DNA of 64,000 bases from Eutreptiella sp. 'Long Island Sound 2002' (lineage: Eukaryota; Protista; Euglenida), in assembly GCA_964036045.1 (NCBI GenBank), contig OZ038379.1:20398001-20462000 (forward strand). Reading direction: 5' to 3'. Shown piece after piece: positions 49,096 through 61,146 of this stretch. Below the pieces are notes generated by a model that worked only from the letters and a program-made list of their open reading frames with translations, was not told the origin of the DNA and searched no databases. The position numbers and the translations under genes are program-made. Within the stretch, counting starts at the first letter, position 1, and each line of letters opens with the position of its first letter.

Positions 49096-51252
49096 CTTTG
49101 AAGATAGGTTGCCTCCCCAATACAATGTAATAAATACCCTTCAGGCCACAGGCCTCATATCTCTGCTTCTTGCGCAGACTTAAAGCGTGTGCAACCTACC
49201 GCAAGTCGCAACACCCCTCTTTTCACTTGTGTAAGCCCAGTTTTCTGAGTGCCCATATTCTCCCGCTAATGTACATTTGATCAGCTTTGTCTTTGCCTGC
49301 GTGCAACAGTGTTTTACTGACAACTGGGTGCACAACCGGTTTTGTTTGTGATTCCTCAAGGCCTCTTCGTGAGGTGTGCAGCCCATGAGCCTACATTCTG
49401 GATAGACCGGGGTAGCATGAGAGTACAGTCACCAAGCCTTTCCTACTCTGTTCCCAATTCCTCACAAACAACAACGGGACCGCCAATTCCTCCGTGGCCG
49501 GAGGTTCCAAGGTGTTCTGTTGTAGTGGATTGTTCTCCGTCAATGCCTTCAGTGCACAAAGCAATGAAAGATTTGGTTTTTCACCGGGCACGGTGCGCGT
49601 ACAACGTTCACTTCTTGAAGCATAACATCGAATCTGCTTTTCGGACGGCCTTGCATCATCTTAGATTCGAGTGTACCCAAAAATGTTTGAAGCCTACGTT
49701 GAAAAATGGGAGCCGGATGAGGGACCTACTGGGAACGCCCTGGGCTGACACCAGCACAGAAAACGAGGGACCTATGGAACAAGGGTGGCTAGTCTTTGGA
49801 AGATGCAAGTACGTTGGTAAATGTTGGTTCAAACCTGTGCAACCAAGTATCGCCTCTTCTTGATACTTTTCCCCATGTTTCTCATTTTTGCCCAATATAA
49901 TCCATGCATTTGGGGCTCACATTCATCATTCTTGCAGGTGATGAAAAAACCGTAGTCTGGTTTGCGTTTGCAAGGGGTATAGCACCCTGATGCACCCCGT
50001 TGCACCCTGATGCAAGCACTGCAGGTGAACAAAGTACAGAGTACAGTCCCCTCCCTCTCCAAACATTTCCTCTTTTGCACATGGAAAAGTGATTCAGACC
50101 CTTTGGGCACAACACATGTATCTTGGAGAAATAAACCCTGAACCTGAACACCAATTGATTCAAAGTTGAGAAGACGGCTTGTAACGCATCCGCCATCTTT
50201 TTGGTTGAAGAGTAACGAGGATCAATGGGGGTCGACATGGGCCGTCAAAACAATCTTCCAAATGAAGTCGCGACGCAAATCCAAAGGCACCACTGCGCCT
50301 ATCTCTTTCCTCAGCGACGTTCACCTTTCACACCGAATGCCAATCTAAAGCTGCATGAGTCCTGGCAGTTTAGCACATGATGAAAGGTGTCCTGTGCATA
50401 ATTACGTCGTCGTGTTCTGTGCATCTTGGTTTGCTCAGGTTGTCTAAACCTCTTGGCACCTTAAATGGCAGTGCTGTGCATCAAGTGTGCTTTTGCAGGT
50501 ATGGCATCGAGCCCCGATGAAAGTCGATGCGGGTTGCTTCTGCGCTGTTTGGAACCCATATCTGTCATTTCTGGAAATACCCGCAATTCTTGATACCTGC
50601 GGAGAGAGAGAAGCAGAGAAGGAAGGAGGAACGGGAGTGGCGGATCTACGATCTCCCGGCACAGCACAGTCTCTCCAGCGTGCTCCACACACATTTGCAG
50701 TATATGTCACCTTCTTCGCAACAAGATGCACCCCTATCAGTTCGATTTTCAAGGATTTGGTATTCACTATCATTTGCCACTTGGTGGTCATTGCACTTTG
50801 GGATATCAGATGTACCATACCAAATTGCTCCTGCGTTGGACCAGGTGAGAAGCACATTTGCTTTCGCTGCCCTGGTCAGTGAAAAAAAAAAGGAGCATCT
50901 TCGGAAATTTTGGTCCTTGGAAGGGCCGTTGAAAGATGCAAGACATAAACGCAGGCTGAGTGAATTCTCAATCCCACCCTGAGGCGCAGCCATTTTATTC
51001 CCGGGCGGACCGTTTGTAACCCCAGGCCTTCAGAGGTTTCGTTGCTGCACAACGAGGCGTTGCGTGTGCGGTGTGCACGCCGTGCAGACTGTGTGTTAAT
51101 TCTCTGCCTTCCAGACTCCCACTGGAAAAAAATTCACCATCAGGCACGCTTGAATGACACGCAGTGCTTTTCTGTGCATCAACTTGGAATCCTTTCTGAA
51201 TCTGAATATGTGCATACCGAGTGTGTGGATGTGTGTGTGTGTCTATTTTCCT

Positions 51253-51278
51253 ACTTTCTGAATGTCTATTTTTTTTTC
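51253..51278 (+). other. Genomic spliced-leader relic
   Basis: ACTTTCTGAATGTCTATTTTTTTTTC is 23/24 identical to the euglenid SL. It is not followed by a GT donor, so it is not an SL RNA gene. A partial copy GTGTCTATTTTC lies at 51239-51250. Confidence 0.75.
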
Positions 51279-54200
51279 CAAAGGCGCCTAGCCACATGAC
51301 AATGTCACCCTCATTGTTCTTGATGGCCTGATGAGAAGCTGAGCTGCCCAGTGCCCCGTATGCCTGCAGGGGTTTTGCGTTGGGAAGCTTCTTTCTTAGT
51401 GTGTGTGTGTGTGTTTGGTGAGTGTCATTTCTTACCATTTCTTGGTCCTTTCAAGCCCCGGCAGCCACGTCACCCAAGGGCTACGTTCAGATTGGACCTA
51501 TATTCTGTAGTGTTGTGTGGTTTCAGCTGGTTTTTGCTGTTCAGTGGTTTTGAAGCTGGTCCCTGTAGTCACCCCAACAACTGGCGCTGTGCGCGCTGGG
51601 CACAAATTGTACCCTAACAGCTCTGCTCAGGCTCATGTGCTTCTGCTCTTTTGTCCTCGGTTTTGTCTTGGCGGTGGTTTGCCTGCTTTGCAGGTCCTCA
51701 AGGACATTCCCAAAGTCCCAAATTTCTTCAGCCTTGTAAATATTTAGGCTGAGTGCTTTATTCCATATTTGGTGTTGTTCAGTTGAGGCTCCCTTTTTTC
51801 TACAGTCATTCGAGTTTTGCAGACCACTGTCTCTGTCAGGCTTCAGTCCTTTTGCACACCACTTTCGTTATCAGCCTCCAGTCTTTTGGTGCGTCAGAGC
51901 ACACTGGGGTGTCTACTGGTGTGGCAGTTTCCCCCTGCATTTCGGGATATCAGACCCAGCTTATCCTTGCTACGTGCCATGTCCGCTACCATGATCTTCC
52001 ATGGGACAATCGTAGAACTGAACAGCTCTGATCCTTGATTCTGAGGGCTATTTTGAGCACCATCTGTTGGGCAGAGTTTGCCTGCTCCCTGGGTCTGAAC
52101 CAGAAGGTCCCATGTTTGACCTGTCTGCTGTGTGCTGCGTTATAAAGCTGGGTTTTATATGGAAGTTGTGTTTCCTCCTCTATCCTCTTATCCTTGCCCA
52201 TTTTGCTAAAATGCAGTATCTGGGGCATTGCTTTCTGCTGTTCAAAACCCCGTGTAATTTGAGGCTGGGAAACACAGCCTCAAAAATTACAGCCTTTGGG
52301 CAGCAAGCCCAGCTACTCAAGTTGCAGTAATGACACTTGGAGGCTGGTGCTCAGCAAGGGGGCGTTTGTATCTAGAGCACCCTGTCCCAGCAGCGCTCAA
52401 TTCCAAACCATTTCCCCCCTTCTGAGTACTGTACACATTCTCAGTGACTGATCCAAAGTGCGTTGGAATTTTAGGGGACATTCTGTCACCAAATACCCCC
52501 CTCTAAGCACTGCACAAGGGATCGTTCTGGCGATGAATTGAAGGTCATGGATTTGATCCCTGATCAGTGGATGATACAAACCGCCTCCTCAGCAATGTTA
52601 CCCCCCCCCCCCTTTTGCGCAAGCACGGGCTTGTCCAAGCACAGAGTGGGTGTTGAACTGCTATTTTTAGGATTTTGTGGGACCGGTGTTTTTTCTGGTC
52701 CTGAATGCGGGATTGGGCGTTCGTGACGCGCTTGTAGAGGGAAAGAGGGGTGCATTCACGTCTGTGACTGTGCATTCTGTTCGTAACAACATTGTACCAC
52801 ACCTGCAACCCCATGCTGTTTGTTTGATGTGATTTTCAGCCATTGCTAACTTTGCTATTCCCAGCATGGCTGTCATGTACATCCAGAGCATGGGGATCAT
52901 GCACCTGCCACTATGCCACCCGTGGTGTTTGGGGCCTGGGCCATGTTATCGAGGGCAAGCTGTACTTTACGAAGGATGTTGTGGATGACAGCTTTGTGTC
53001 AAAGAATAGGAAGCCCAAACTCGTGCATCAACCTGCCACAAAACCTGTTCCCAAGCCAACTCCGAAGGGCAAGCATGTCCAATTGTTTGGATAAGGCAGA
53101 AGGTTGGAAAGGGATTCTATTTCATGGCATCTGATGCCCTGATAGCGAACAAGGACAGGAAGAATATCTGGGATGCGAATTGTGGATTGTGCTATGCTTT
53201 GTGTAAGGTTTGAGGAACATGCGTGCTTTGCTGTCATGTGTGCCGTGTGCAAGCACGGCCTTGTCTAACCACAAGGTTTCCTGGAATTTTTCCACGAAAG
53301 CCATCTGGCACAGTGGGAATGCCATGCACGCAGTGCGCACGCAGTGCGAAGTTTTGGATGTCGACAAATACTCGAACCCTAGTTTCGGCCCCTTTTCACA
53401 AGTTTTTGGTTCCGTACCAGGGTTTTGTAAGCTTCCTAAGCATTTAGGATGTGGCATATTTGAATTGTCAAGGTGCACCACACAAGACTAGAGATGGAAA
53501 GCATTGAAGGAAATCATGTTTGAAAGCTTTGAGGATGCTCGCCAAGATCGGCTCCCAAAACACTAATGGCAAGGTACAATTACACATTGATGAACCTATG
53601 CATGTGTAGATGCGTAGTTCTGCATGTGGATGTTTGGCGCCCTTGAAGGCCCTTGAAGGCATTTTCATTGTTCTCATGTGGGCTTTGCTGCTTCGCCGTG
53701 CTACTAGACAGGTGACAAGTATTCTTGGGTGAGTATCCCAACCTCTGCGTCCGCAGTATGCACACAGTGCAAGAACTTGGCCAGTGGTGGAAAACCACTG
53801 TTTGGCCCATGTGTCAAAGAGTAGTTTCCAAGGGGTTTGGAGGGGGGATTGAGGGGCTCAACCTGGCTTGTCCTGTGCTCTTAGGGGCTTAAGGCCTTTA
53901 CTTGCCTGCCCATCTCCGCCCGCCTAGAGACTGTTGTACTCACATTGGACTTGGTTGCCCAATGGACTTGCCCGCATTGAGTTTAGCCTGTGCTGCTTGC
54001 ATGGAAAACAAGAATTAGGACAACGGTGATGGTAGAGCCACCAATGTGCCACAGGTGTTATGCAAGGCCTGTGCCTTGCGGGTTTTGGTCTTGGCATATG
54101 TGTACTCAAAACGGACCCATCCCTCTTTGCCCCCAAAACACGGCGACCTTTATCCCTTGCATACTGGCAATGGCACTCGTCCCCCTTTCCCTACCAGGAC

Positions 54201-55544
54201 TTCTTTGCACTGCCCCCTTTCCCGTGGGTCAGTACGCCACGTGATAGCCTTGATTGCCCCTCTAGCCTGTTGGCTGTTGACGGGGCAGGACGGGCGGCAA
54301 CAGGGGAGGGCGCCTCCGCTTCCCCCGCCTGTGGGGGGGGGGGGCAGAGGTATGGCCCAGTTCGCCTTGTTTCCTTTGTTGTCCGCTAGGAGGCATAGTG
54401 GGTGGGCGCTCTGGTTTGACACGTGTGCCAGCCATGTTTGCTCCTATTCGTTACAAGTAGTGCAGGCGTCAGGAGATTACCTGGCCCGGCTTTCAGCTGG
54501 GTGCACGCGCAGCACGTCGGTTTATGCTTCGACGACATGTTCGGTCTATATTTTTCTGCAGTAGGGCCATGAGGAAAATCGTTTCCTCTCGGAATAGGGC
54601 CCGCAGTGGACCGGCATCTGTTTTGTTTTGCATGCATTGCACAGAGGAAGGGAGTGTAAACTGTAGTTTCCGTCGAAACTGAAGTTTAATGCATTCCCTG
54701 GATCTGCCACTGTCTGTGCTTTTATGCAGCATGCATATGCATTTCCGTTCACACTTAGTCAATTTTCATAATCGAGATGGAGGGTCCCACCCACCCACCC
54801 ATCGAACAGTGTCTACCCCTTGAGATGAGGGACTTTGAACTCGACCGGAGGCGCTACGAAAAGTGCTGCGGGCCCCAAGTGGACCGGCATCTGTTTTGTT
54901 TTGCATGCATTGCATAGAGGAAGGGAGTGTAAACATCGTGTACAAATGTGGTGCCACTGAAGTTGTGCATGACTGGCTTCCGTCAAACGCTTGACAGCCT
55001 GCAGCAAAGCTTGCTGCAGCCAGTTCATCCATCCCAGTTCCCGACGGGGAACATGTGCAGTGTTCAGGACTGTGTGGGACCGCAAGAGGAAGTTCTACAC
55101 GGTACCTGTTCAGAACAAGGGGCCGGCAGAAAACTGATGAATGGATGTAATGCATTGAGTCGTTAGCTTATTTGCATTATGCGCATGGCACCATCAGCAT
55201 CTATGCATGTCACCATCAATCCCAGACCCTTGAGCGACCTGCAGCAAGCAACTGACCGGCCATGAATTCGACATAGTATGCACTGGTAAGTGGTTGGTCA
55301 GGAGTGGTGTCCACCCCCCCCCACCCCCTTGGGGGGTTAAGCCCTCACTTAGTGACGGTTGCCCCCGGGGTGGGGGTGGGGGGCGTCGTCCTTGCCGGGG
55401 GGCTGGGCATGGGGAGGGTAATCTTGCACTTCCTACCCCCCCTTCCGTATACCCTTAGTTGCGTAGCTCACGAAGCAAAGTAGGTTCAGCCCACACAGCC
55501 TCCCCAGCTCCTTCCCCCCCTCCATCGAACCTTCCATCTCTCCC

Positions 55545-55568
55545 ATGTCAGTCTCTTTTAATTTTAAG
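55545..55568 (+). promoter_or_regulatory. Putative trans-splice acceptor for the gag mRNA
   Basis: Pyrimidine tract ...catctctcccatgtcagtctcttttaattttaAG, 21 nt before ATG 55590. Confidence 0.4.
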
Positions 55569-55589
55569 AGCGAGGGCCGCCAGGGGGAC

Positions 55590-56792
55590 ATGTCAACCAC
55601 AGAGCAGCTGGACGGCGAAGGGGCATGGTCGTGGGAAAAGCTGCGGGCCCAAGACGAAAATGTGCTCGACTGGGCGTGGTGCAGCCTCATGGGGGAGCAC
55701 TGGCGCGCAACGGAGGTGCCCACCGAGAGCAGGCATGGGGTACTCGACGCGGGGGTGCGATTCTGGACGAAGACGGCCAGGCTGAACACCTCCAAGCTGG
55801 CCCTGCTGTTCAATCGCACACTCAACGTGTGCCTGGTCTGCAAAATTTTTATGGCCTACAGGGATGCATTCCTGTTTGGGTTAAGCCTGGCGTGGGGCAT
55901 CGAAGTCCCCGATTTGGAGTTGGCGCAGCCGCAATCAGAGGCGGCTTTTGAGCTCTGCGCGTCTCTGCAGGACCTGGAGCGAGCGGCCGCGGGAGGACAC
56001 CATCACGGCGGCCACGTAGGGACAGTCGACGCGGGGCCATCAGCGGGTACGCAGCCGGGGAAGGTGCCTGCCGGAGGAGGCATCGGAGCGGACGACGAGG
56101 ACGGCAAGGAGGAGCGGGGCGAACGGGACAAGTGGAACCGCCTGACGACGCGCGCGGTCCGGAGCATGCGCAGGCGGGCGGGAGCGCCCCGGTGGACTAT
56201 CAAGCTGTGCAAGGCCCTGGAATCCCAGCTGCGAGAGGACGAGGAGATGGGGGCCGAGGGGCCACCACCGCTGGCAGCAAAGGTGTGGAAGATCCTGTTG
56301 GACTGTGACGTCACTGGGGCTGATGACCTAAAGGCCAAGATGAAGGAAAAGCGGCGCAAGGAGAAGAAGAAGGCGCGACGGCAGCGGAAGAAGGACCGGA
56401 AGCGAAAGGGAAAAGGGCGCGCCGGGAAAGACAACAGCAGCGACAGCGAGGACAGCAGCACGAGCGGCAGCGGCACGACGTCAAGCAGCTCTTCATCATC
56501 CTCCGGGAGGTCACGGGGACGGAGGCGTAGATCGCCGCAGAGGAGTACCGCGCGCCATGCGGGCAGCAGCATAGCGGGCCGCAAGGAAGGCGAGATCTGG
56601 CGCGGGACAGGCTCCGCGGCCAACACCGAGTTCACCCTGCTGAACGGGAGGCGTCACTTCAAGTCCAAGCGCACGGGAGCGTGGGAAGATTGCACGGACC
56701 CCCCGAAGACGAAGTGTGGAGACTGTGGGCAGGCCCACTGGTATTTTGATCGCGACGAGTGGGGCTGCACGCGGGGAAAAGGGACGAGGTGA
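55590..56792 (+). CDS. gag-like ORF
   Basis: Basic and Ser-rich tail and a C-terminal CGDCGQAHWY...C knuckle-like motif. Confidence 0.75.
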   Translation: MSTTEQLDGEGAWSWEKLRAQDENVLDWAWCSLMGEHWRATEVPTESRHGVLDAGVRFWTKTARLNTSKLALLFNRTLNVCLVCKIFMAYRDAFLFGLSLAWGIEVPDLELAQPQSEAAFELCASLQDLERAAAGGHHHGGHVGTVDAGPSAGTQPGKVPAGGGIGADDEDGKEERGERDKWNRLTTRAVRSMRRRAGAPRWTIKLCKALESQLREDEEMGAEGPPPLAAKVWKILLDCDVTGADDLKAKMKEKRRKEKKKARRQRKKDRKRKGKGRAGKDNSSDSEDSSTSGSGTTSSSSSSSSGRSRGRRRRSPQRSTARHAGSSIAGRKEGEIWRGTGSAANTEFTLLNGRRHFKSKRTGAWEDCTDPPKTKCGDCGQAHWYFDRDEWGCTRGKGTR

Positions 56793-58142
56793 ACCGCAGA
56801 GCGGGATCTGCCCATTGCCGATGGCGCCGAGCGGCTCGGGCAGGCCCTGCGTGGGGGCTGGGGAGCCGGCTACGACGCATCTGTCGTCCGAGGGCTCAGC
56901 GACACGACCCTCGAGGGGTATCTGCAGGCGCTCAGCCACCTCAGAAGGAGAGAGAGGATGCAGCCAGGATGCCACAGGCGACGGGTCCTGGAAGACGAGC
57001 TCGCCTCCCTGGTCGAGAAGGGCATGGGAGAAAGCGCAGTCAAAAAGGTTCTGTCCGCGGTGCGACTACTCGAAAAACTGGGGTGGCTGCGCCGCACTGT
57101 CCGACCGGGAGACTGGTACCTCGCGGTGGGGGCAGCAAAGGCCGCCGAAAAGGCAGGACGGACGACAGTTAAGGAGTGGGCCAGCATGGGCGCACTACAA
57201 CACATGGCTGCCGCTGCAGGGTCGGCCGCGGAGTGGGAAATCGTCGCCCTTGCCGCGCTGTCTTGCTCGCACTGCCTCAGGGCCAGCGAGGCCATCACCG
57301 CCCGCGCCGACGGAGAGGAGCTGGTCTTCACGGGAACGAAGTCGCGGGCCGGAGAGCAGCGACAGAGCATGGGGCCGTGGACGGCGAGATGGGCAGGATT
57401 CCTGGCGCGGCTGCGCGCCCTCCACGGCTATCACCCGGACCGACCAGCGTGGTTCCGGGGGCGAGACGGGCTGCACGACGGGCTGCGGGGCCTCCTCGAC
57501 AGGCCGGGTGGCAGCTACAAAAATACGCGCTGGCACTCGTTCCGCAGATACGGCGCTGCGCAACTGTACGGTCTCGGCCTCCCGGTGCGCTTCATTATGC
57601 TCTGGGGGGGCTGGAAGACGCCGGCGGTTGCGCAAATCTACTACACGGCGCCCCCGCGGTGGAGCTTCGTGCGTGGGGGACCCCTGGTGCGGCCGGCATG
57701 GGATGGCAGGACCCCAAAAGCAGAGATGGCGGCGGGCACCACGCTCGGCATGTGGCCCGGCTGGGTGCGGCGCGAGCTCGAAGTCCCCGCTATCCGACCT
57801 GCTGGGCCTGGGTCGCGTGGGGCTGCCGGCAGCGAGGCGGGTCGCAAGAGGACGCGGACAACGCCGCCGCGGGTCACGGTGGTCGAAGTCGAGGAGTCGC
57901 CGAAGGAGAAGCCGCAGAAGGCGCAGCGACATTCGGGGCGCTCAACGGCAAGGCCAAGGGCGCAAAGGCAGCTGCAAGTCGAGCGGCGAGAGGAGCCAAC
58001 GGCCAGAGCAGTGGAGCCGGAAGGCGGAGACGGAGACCAAGTCGGTGGGCGGGGCCGCGGGGGATCCGCCAGCGGTGCTGCCGAGACACCGGCGGGTGGC
58101 AGAGGCAATAAGCCGCCTGCCAGGCGTCAAAGCAGGACGTAA
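56793..58142 (+). CDS. Tyrosine recombinase, in frame directly after the gag UGA
   Basis: N-terminal GLSDTTLEGYLQAL helix. Catalytic R (CLRASE), HxxR (WHSFRR), GW (WGGWKT) and Y (AQIYY). Confidence 0.9.
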   Translation, partial: TAERDLPIADGAERLGQALRGGWGAGYDASVVRGLSDTTLEGYLQALSHLRRRERMQPGCHRRRVLEDELASLVEKGMGESAVKKVLSAVRLLEKLGWLRRTVRPGDWYLAVGAAKAAEKAGRTTVKEWASMGALQHMAAAAGSAAEWEIVALAALSCSHCLRASEAITARADGEELVFTGTKSRAGEQRQSMGPWTARWAGFLARLRALHGYHPDRPAWFRGRDGLHDGLRGLLDRPGGSYKNTRWHSFRRYGAAQLYGLGLPVRFIMLWGGWKTPAVAQIYYTAPPRWSFVRGGPLVRPAWDGRTPKAEMAAGTTLGMWPGWVRRELEVPAIRPAGPGSRGAAGSEAGRKRTRTTPPRVTVVEVEESPKEKPQKAQRHSGRSTARPRAQRQLQVERREEPTARAVEPEGGDGDQVGGRGRGGSASGAAETPAGGRGNKPPARRQSRT

Positions 58143-58147
58143 GGACA

Positions 58148-58760
58148 TGGTCAGGGGGGCGGTTCTGGGGCTGCTGGAGGCTGAGCGGGCCCTGGTGGGG
58201 GGAAGCGAGGACACAGCGGTGGGCGAAAAATCAATTTTGGAGGCGGCACTGGGGGGGGGTGGCGGAAGAGGGTTTGGAGGGCGAAGAGGACGGGTATTAC
58301 TCATCAGAAGAGGAGGGGGACATCCCGGAGGGGGCGGCTGCGGCGGGTCTGGGGGAGGCGGGGGAAGTCACAGTGCACCAGTCCCTGTGGGACAGGCTCG
58401 TACCGCGGGGGCTGGCGGCAGTGTACGCCCAGTCGCAGGGGGGGGGGGTTAGAATCGCGCTGCCCAAAGCTGCCACTGATGATGCGAGCCATCCGGGCAG
58501 ATACGAAGGGGGTAAAGCGCACAAGGCTGCGCCCCACCGCCCGAGCGTTTTTACGCCCGAAAAGTCGGGAGAAATGTCGTATGATTTTAGACGCCACCCC
58601 AATAAATGAGGCCGACGCGCGCAGCCCGGCGAAATTCCGGCTGCCAGGCCTTGAGGGTCTGAGGGACTGGCTGAGGGGGGAGGTGGGGGGGGGTAAAGCC
58701 CCCTGGCTGGCGAAATTAGACATTCAGAACGCATTCTGGAGCATAAAGCTGCCGCGCCCG
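58148..58760 (+). pseudogene. N-terminal part of the RT ORF, with frame breaks at G-runs and truncated
   Basis: AFLRPKSREKCRMILD...FRLPGL...LAKLDIQNAFWS. Frame changes at G9 (58251-58259) and G11 (58438-58448). Confidence 0.8.
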
Positions 58761-60334
58761 TCGGTCCATGGAGGACATCAGTGTTGTGCTCGCAGGGTGT
58801 CAGGGGAGGCGGGTGCTGAACAAAGCAGCATACATTTCTTGACCCATTTGGCCTACGTCTTTGCAGAAATAGACTCTTTGGGTGCACAAGAGAGAATGCT
58901 TGCTCCTTGTACTGCCCTATGACTTGCACTTGTAATTAGGAATATAGGCCAAGCAAACTGAACTGGAGTGTTTGAATTGGCATAGCTTGTAATTAGGTTA
59001 GGGGTCCTTGACCAGGCACAAATCCCGAACAACAGCAATGTTTCATCAAGGCCCCAGTTTGTACATGGGGTTTTGGTAGTGTTCTTGCAAGCTTTTCCCC
59101 AGTCTCTATTAGGATTACTCATGATTTACCATAGCAACTTCCTCCATTGACCACTTTGAATGGTGGCACTGCACTAGCGCAGCAATTTGAAATTCGGAGG
59201 TTTCAAGCCTGCTATGGTGATGGATTGCAGCATGTCCCCAAAAGCTCATTTTCTCACTGCTCCCCAATTATTTGGAATCCCTCTCCCGTGCACCAAACTC
59301 ACTGCGCCAATACAGTGGGATGATCCCCAACCATACAGCCAAGGCTGGGTGCGGGTGGCCACAAGATGTTTGGCAAGTGAGTGGACAATTGGACTCATGG
59401 ACTTGCAGCCCAACCACTATGGTGCAATGGGCGCATAGAAAGGGGAATATGGCATTGCCATGCAGCACCCCCCCTTCAGTACATCATGCGGTTGTATGGA
59501 AAAGGGGTGCAAAACGGCGAATGATATGACCACACATGTACCTCGACAGGGCGAGACCAATGGACACTACACATTGCCCAATTAACAGATTCCAAAAGCA
59601 TGATCTACCGTTCAGTTTTTGGCGCACATTGTCTCCCTGCTTTTTTGCCTCCTGCAATATTTGCTTCACTTGAATGTTTGGTGGGGAGCATTCCAGTTTG
59701 CCCCCTTGCCCAAGGGGTGAAGGGGGTGCCACTGGAGCCATGGGATGTGTAGCAGAGTGCAGTGTGACAGGTGGCAGAAGGACAGCCTTGAAAGGGCTAT
59801 CTAAGAGCGAAAGCAGGAGGCTGATTTTGCCTTTTTTTTGGTGGTTTGATTATTTCCTGCTTTTTTTTCGTTGATGTCTGTAATTTGATAGTTTTGTGCA
59901 TTTGTGCTTGGACCACATTAGCCACAAAGAAGCGTCAGATATTTACATCCCTCAGAAATGGAGCTGCACCGCACCATGCACCACAAAAATCCTAGCAATT
60001 ACTGGCTCATGCTCACGTAGAGAGAAATTCCAGCCCAATAGACACGCACACATAGTTTGGTGGCTTTTGGTAATCTTTCAACACTGCAGGCAGTTTGGAG
60101 GTTTGCAAAGGCAAATAGTACCACAATGAGGTTGTGACGCAATGATACCGTTATTGGCATCCCAAATGCACCATCAAGAGGGTGGTTATGGTCCAAAAAT
60201 GTTATTCCAACAAAGCCGTGTTGTGCTTTGTTCCTTTTAGAAATCCTTTTTGCTCCACTTTTGACCTCATGTCCCCCCCCCTCCCCTCCTCATTGCTGCC
60301 TTGCACCACACCTGCTGTCCTCCCCTGCACTCAG

Positions 60335-60642
60335 AGGTTGTGCCTGGGGTGCCCTGTGGGCCCCAACACATGCAATCGGCACTGAGCACTGAGCCGCAGG
60401 ATGGTAGAGGCAAACTACCAAAGGCAAAGCTGCTTCCCCATGAGATGGCGTTGCTGCACTTTGGCGAGCTGAAAGACGTCACGCATTCTGGTGCCAGTGC
60501 GGCTTGGCTCGCAGCATCAAGTGCGCAACCACAGAGCGCAGCACATGTGATGGTGTATCGTCCCATGGGGGATAAAGAAATGGGATATTTACGGGAGCAA
60601 GGGACACTTCCAGCAACACAACCATACCAGACTATAGTTGAG
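60335..60642 (+). CDS. Internal exon of an uncharacterised protein gene
   Basis: cctgcactcag|AG...GAG|gtgtat. Protein-like VMVYRPMGDKEMGYLREQGTLPATQPYQTIVE. Confidence 0.65.
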
Positions 60643-61146
60643 GTGTATTGCTATGTGCCAATGTTCTTGCCTACATCTAACTGGTTTCTGTACTTTTTGA
60701 CCTGATCAAGGGCTTCATGATTCTCTGTGTGTGTGTGTATGTACTATTATTTAGTCAAAGGCGGTTGGATTTTTTTCCGAGTGGACAGAGTCGATGGGAT
60801 GTTTGTACGTAGATCCACAGGCCATTGTGCCTACGTGTTTGGGAGCATGGACACATGTGCATGCATCTGCTTGTGTGTGCCATATGTGCATGTCATGCGG
60901 TGTGCATGGGGCGTTGCACAGTGCGACGTCCGCCTGGTCTGCATGGAAATGGTAGTCATAGTCATAACGTTCTTCAAACCCTGCTCTCCTTCATACACCC
61001 CATCATCCCCAAGCCTCCCAGAATCCCCCGAAAGCAGAGCATGCAGATTTTCACTGCCTGCACAATTGATTCGTCGGCTTTGTTGACCCATCACCAGTCC
61101 TGTGCCTATGAATGGAAGAGAAGCTTGTGGGGTGTGTCAAGACGTA

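Larger units (their letters stand above)
55300..58760 (+). mobile_element. Tyrosine-recombinase retrotransposon, gag-YR-RT order (VIPER/TATE-like), 3'-truncated
   Basis: GC-rich island with gag-like, YR and RT ORFs in that order. RT breaks off after LDIQNAFWSIKLP. Left boundary approximate. Confidence 0.85.

Noticed and set aside
22538-56792. UGA reassigned to an amino acid in this genome
   Set aside because: Host-like genes end normally in TGA (6139, 48348), and an in-frame TAG also interrupts the LINE.
56003-58452. Large overlapping or antisense ORFs (e.g. 56716-58452, 57176-58111, 57195-57932)
   Set aside because: GC-rich shadow frames of gag and YR with no motifs, apart from the last part of 56716-58452, which is the RT start.
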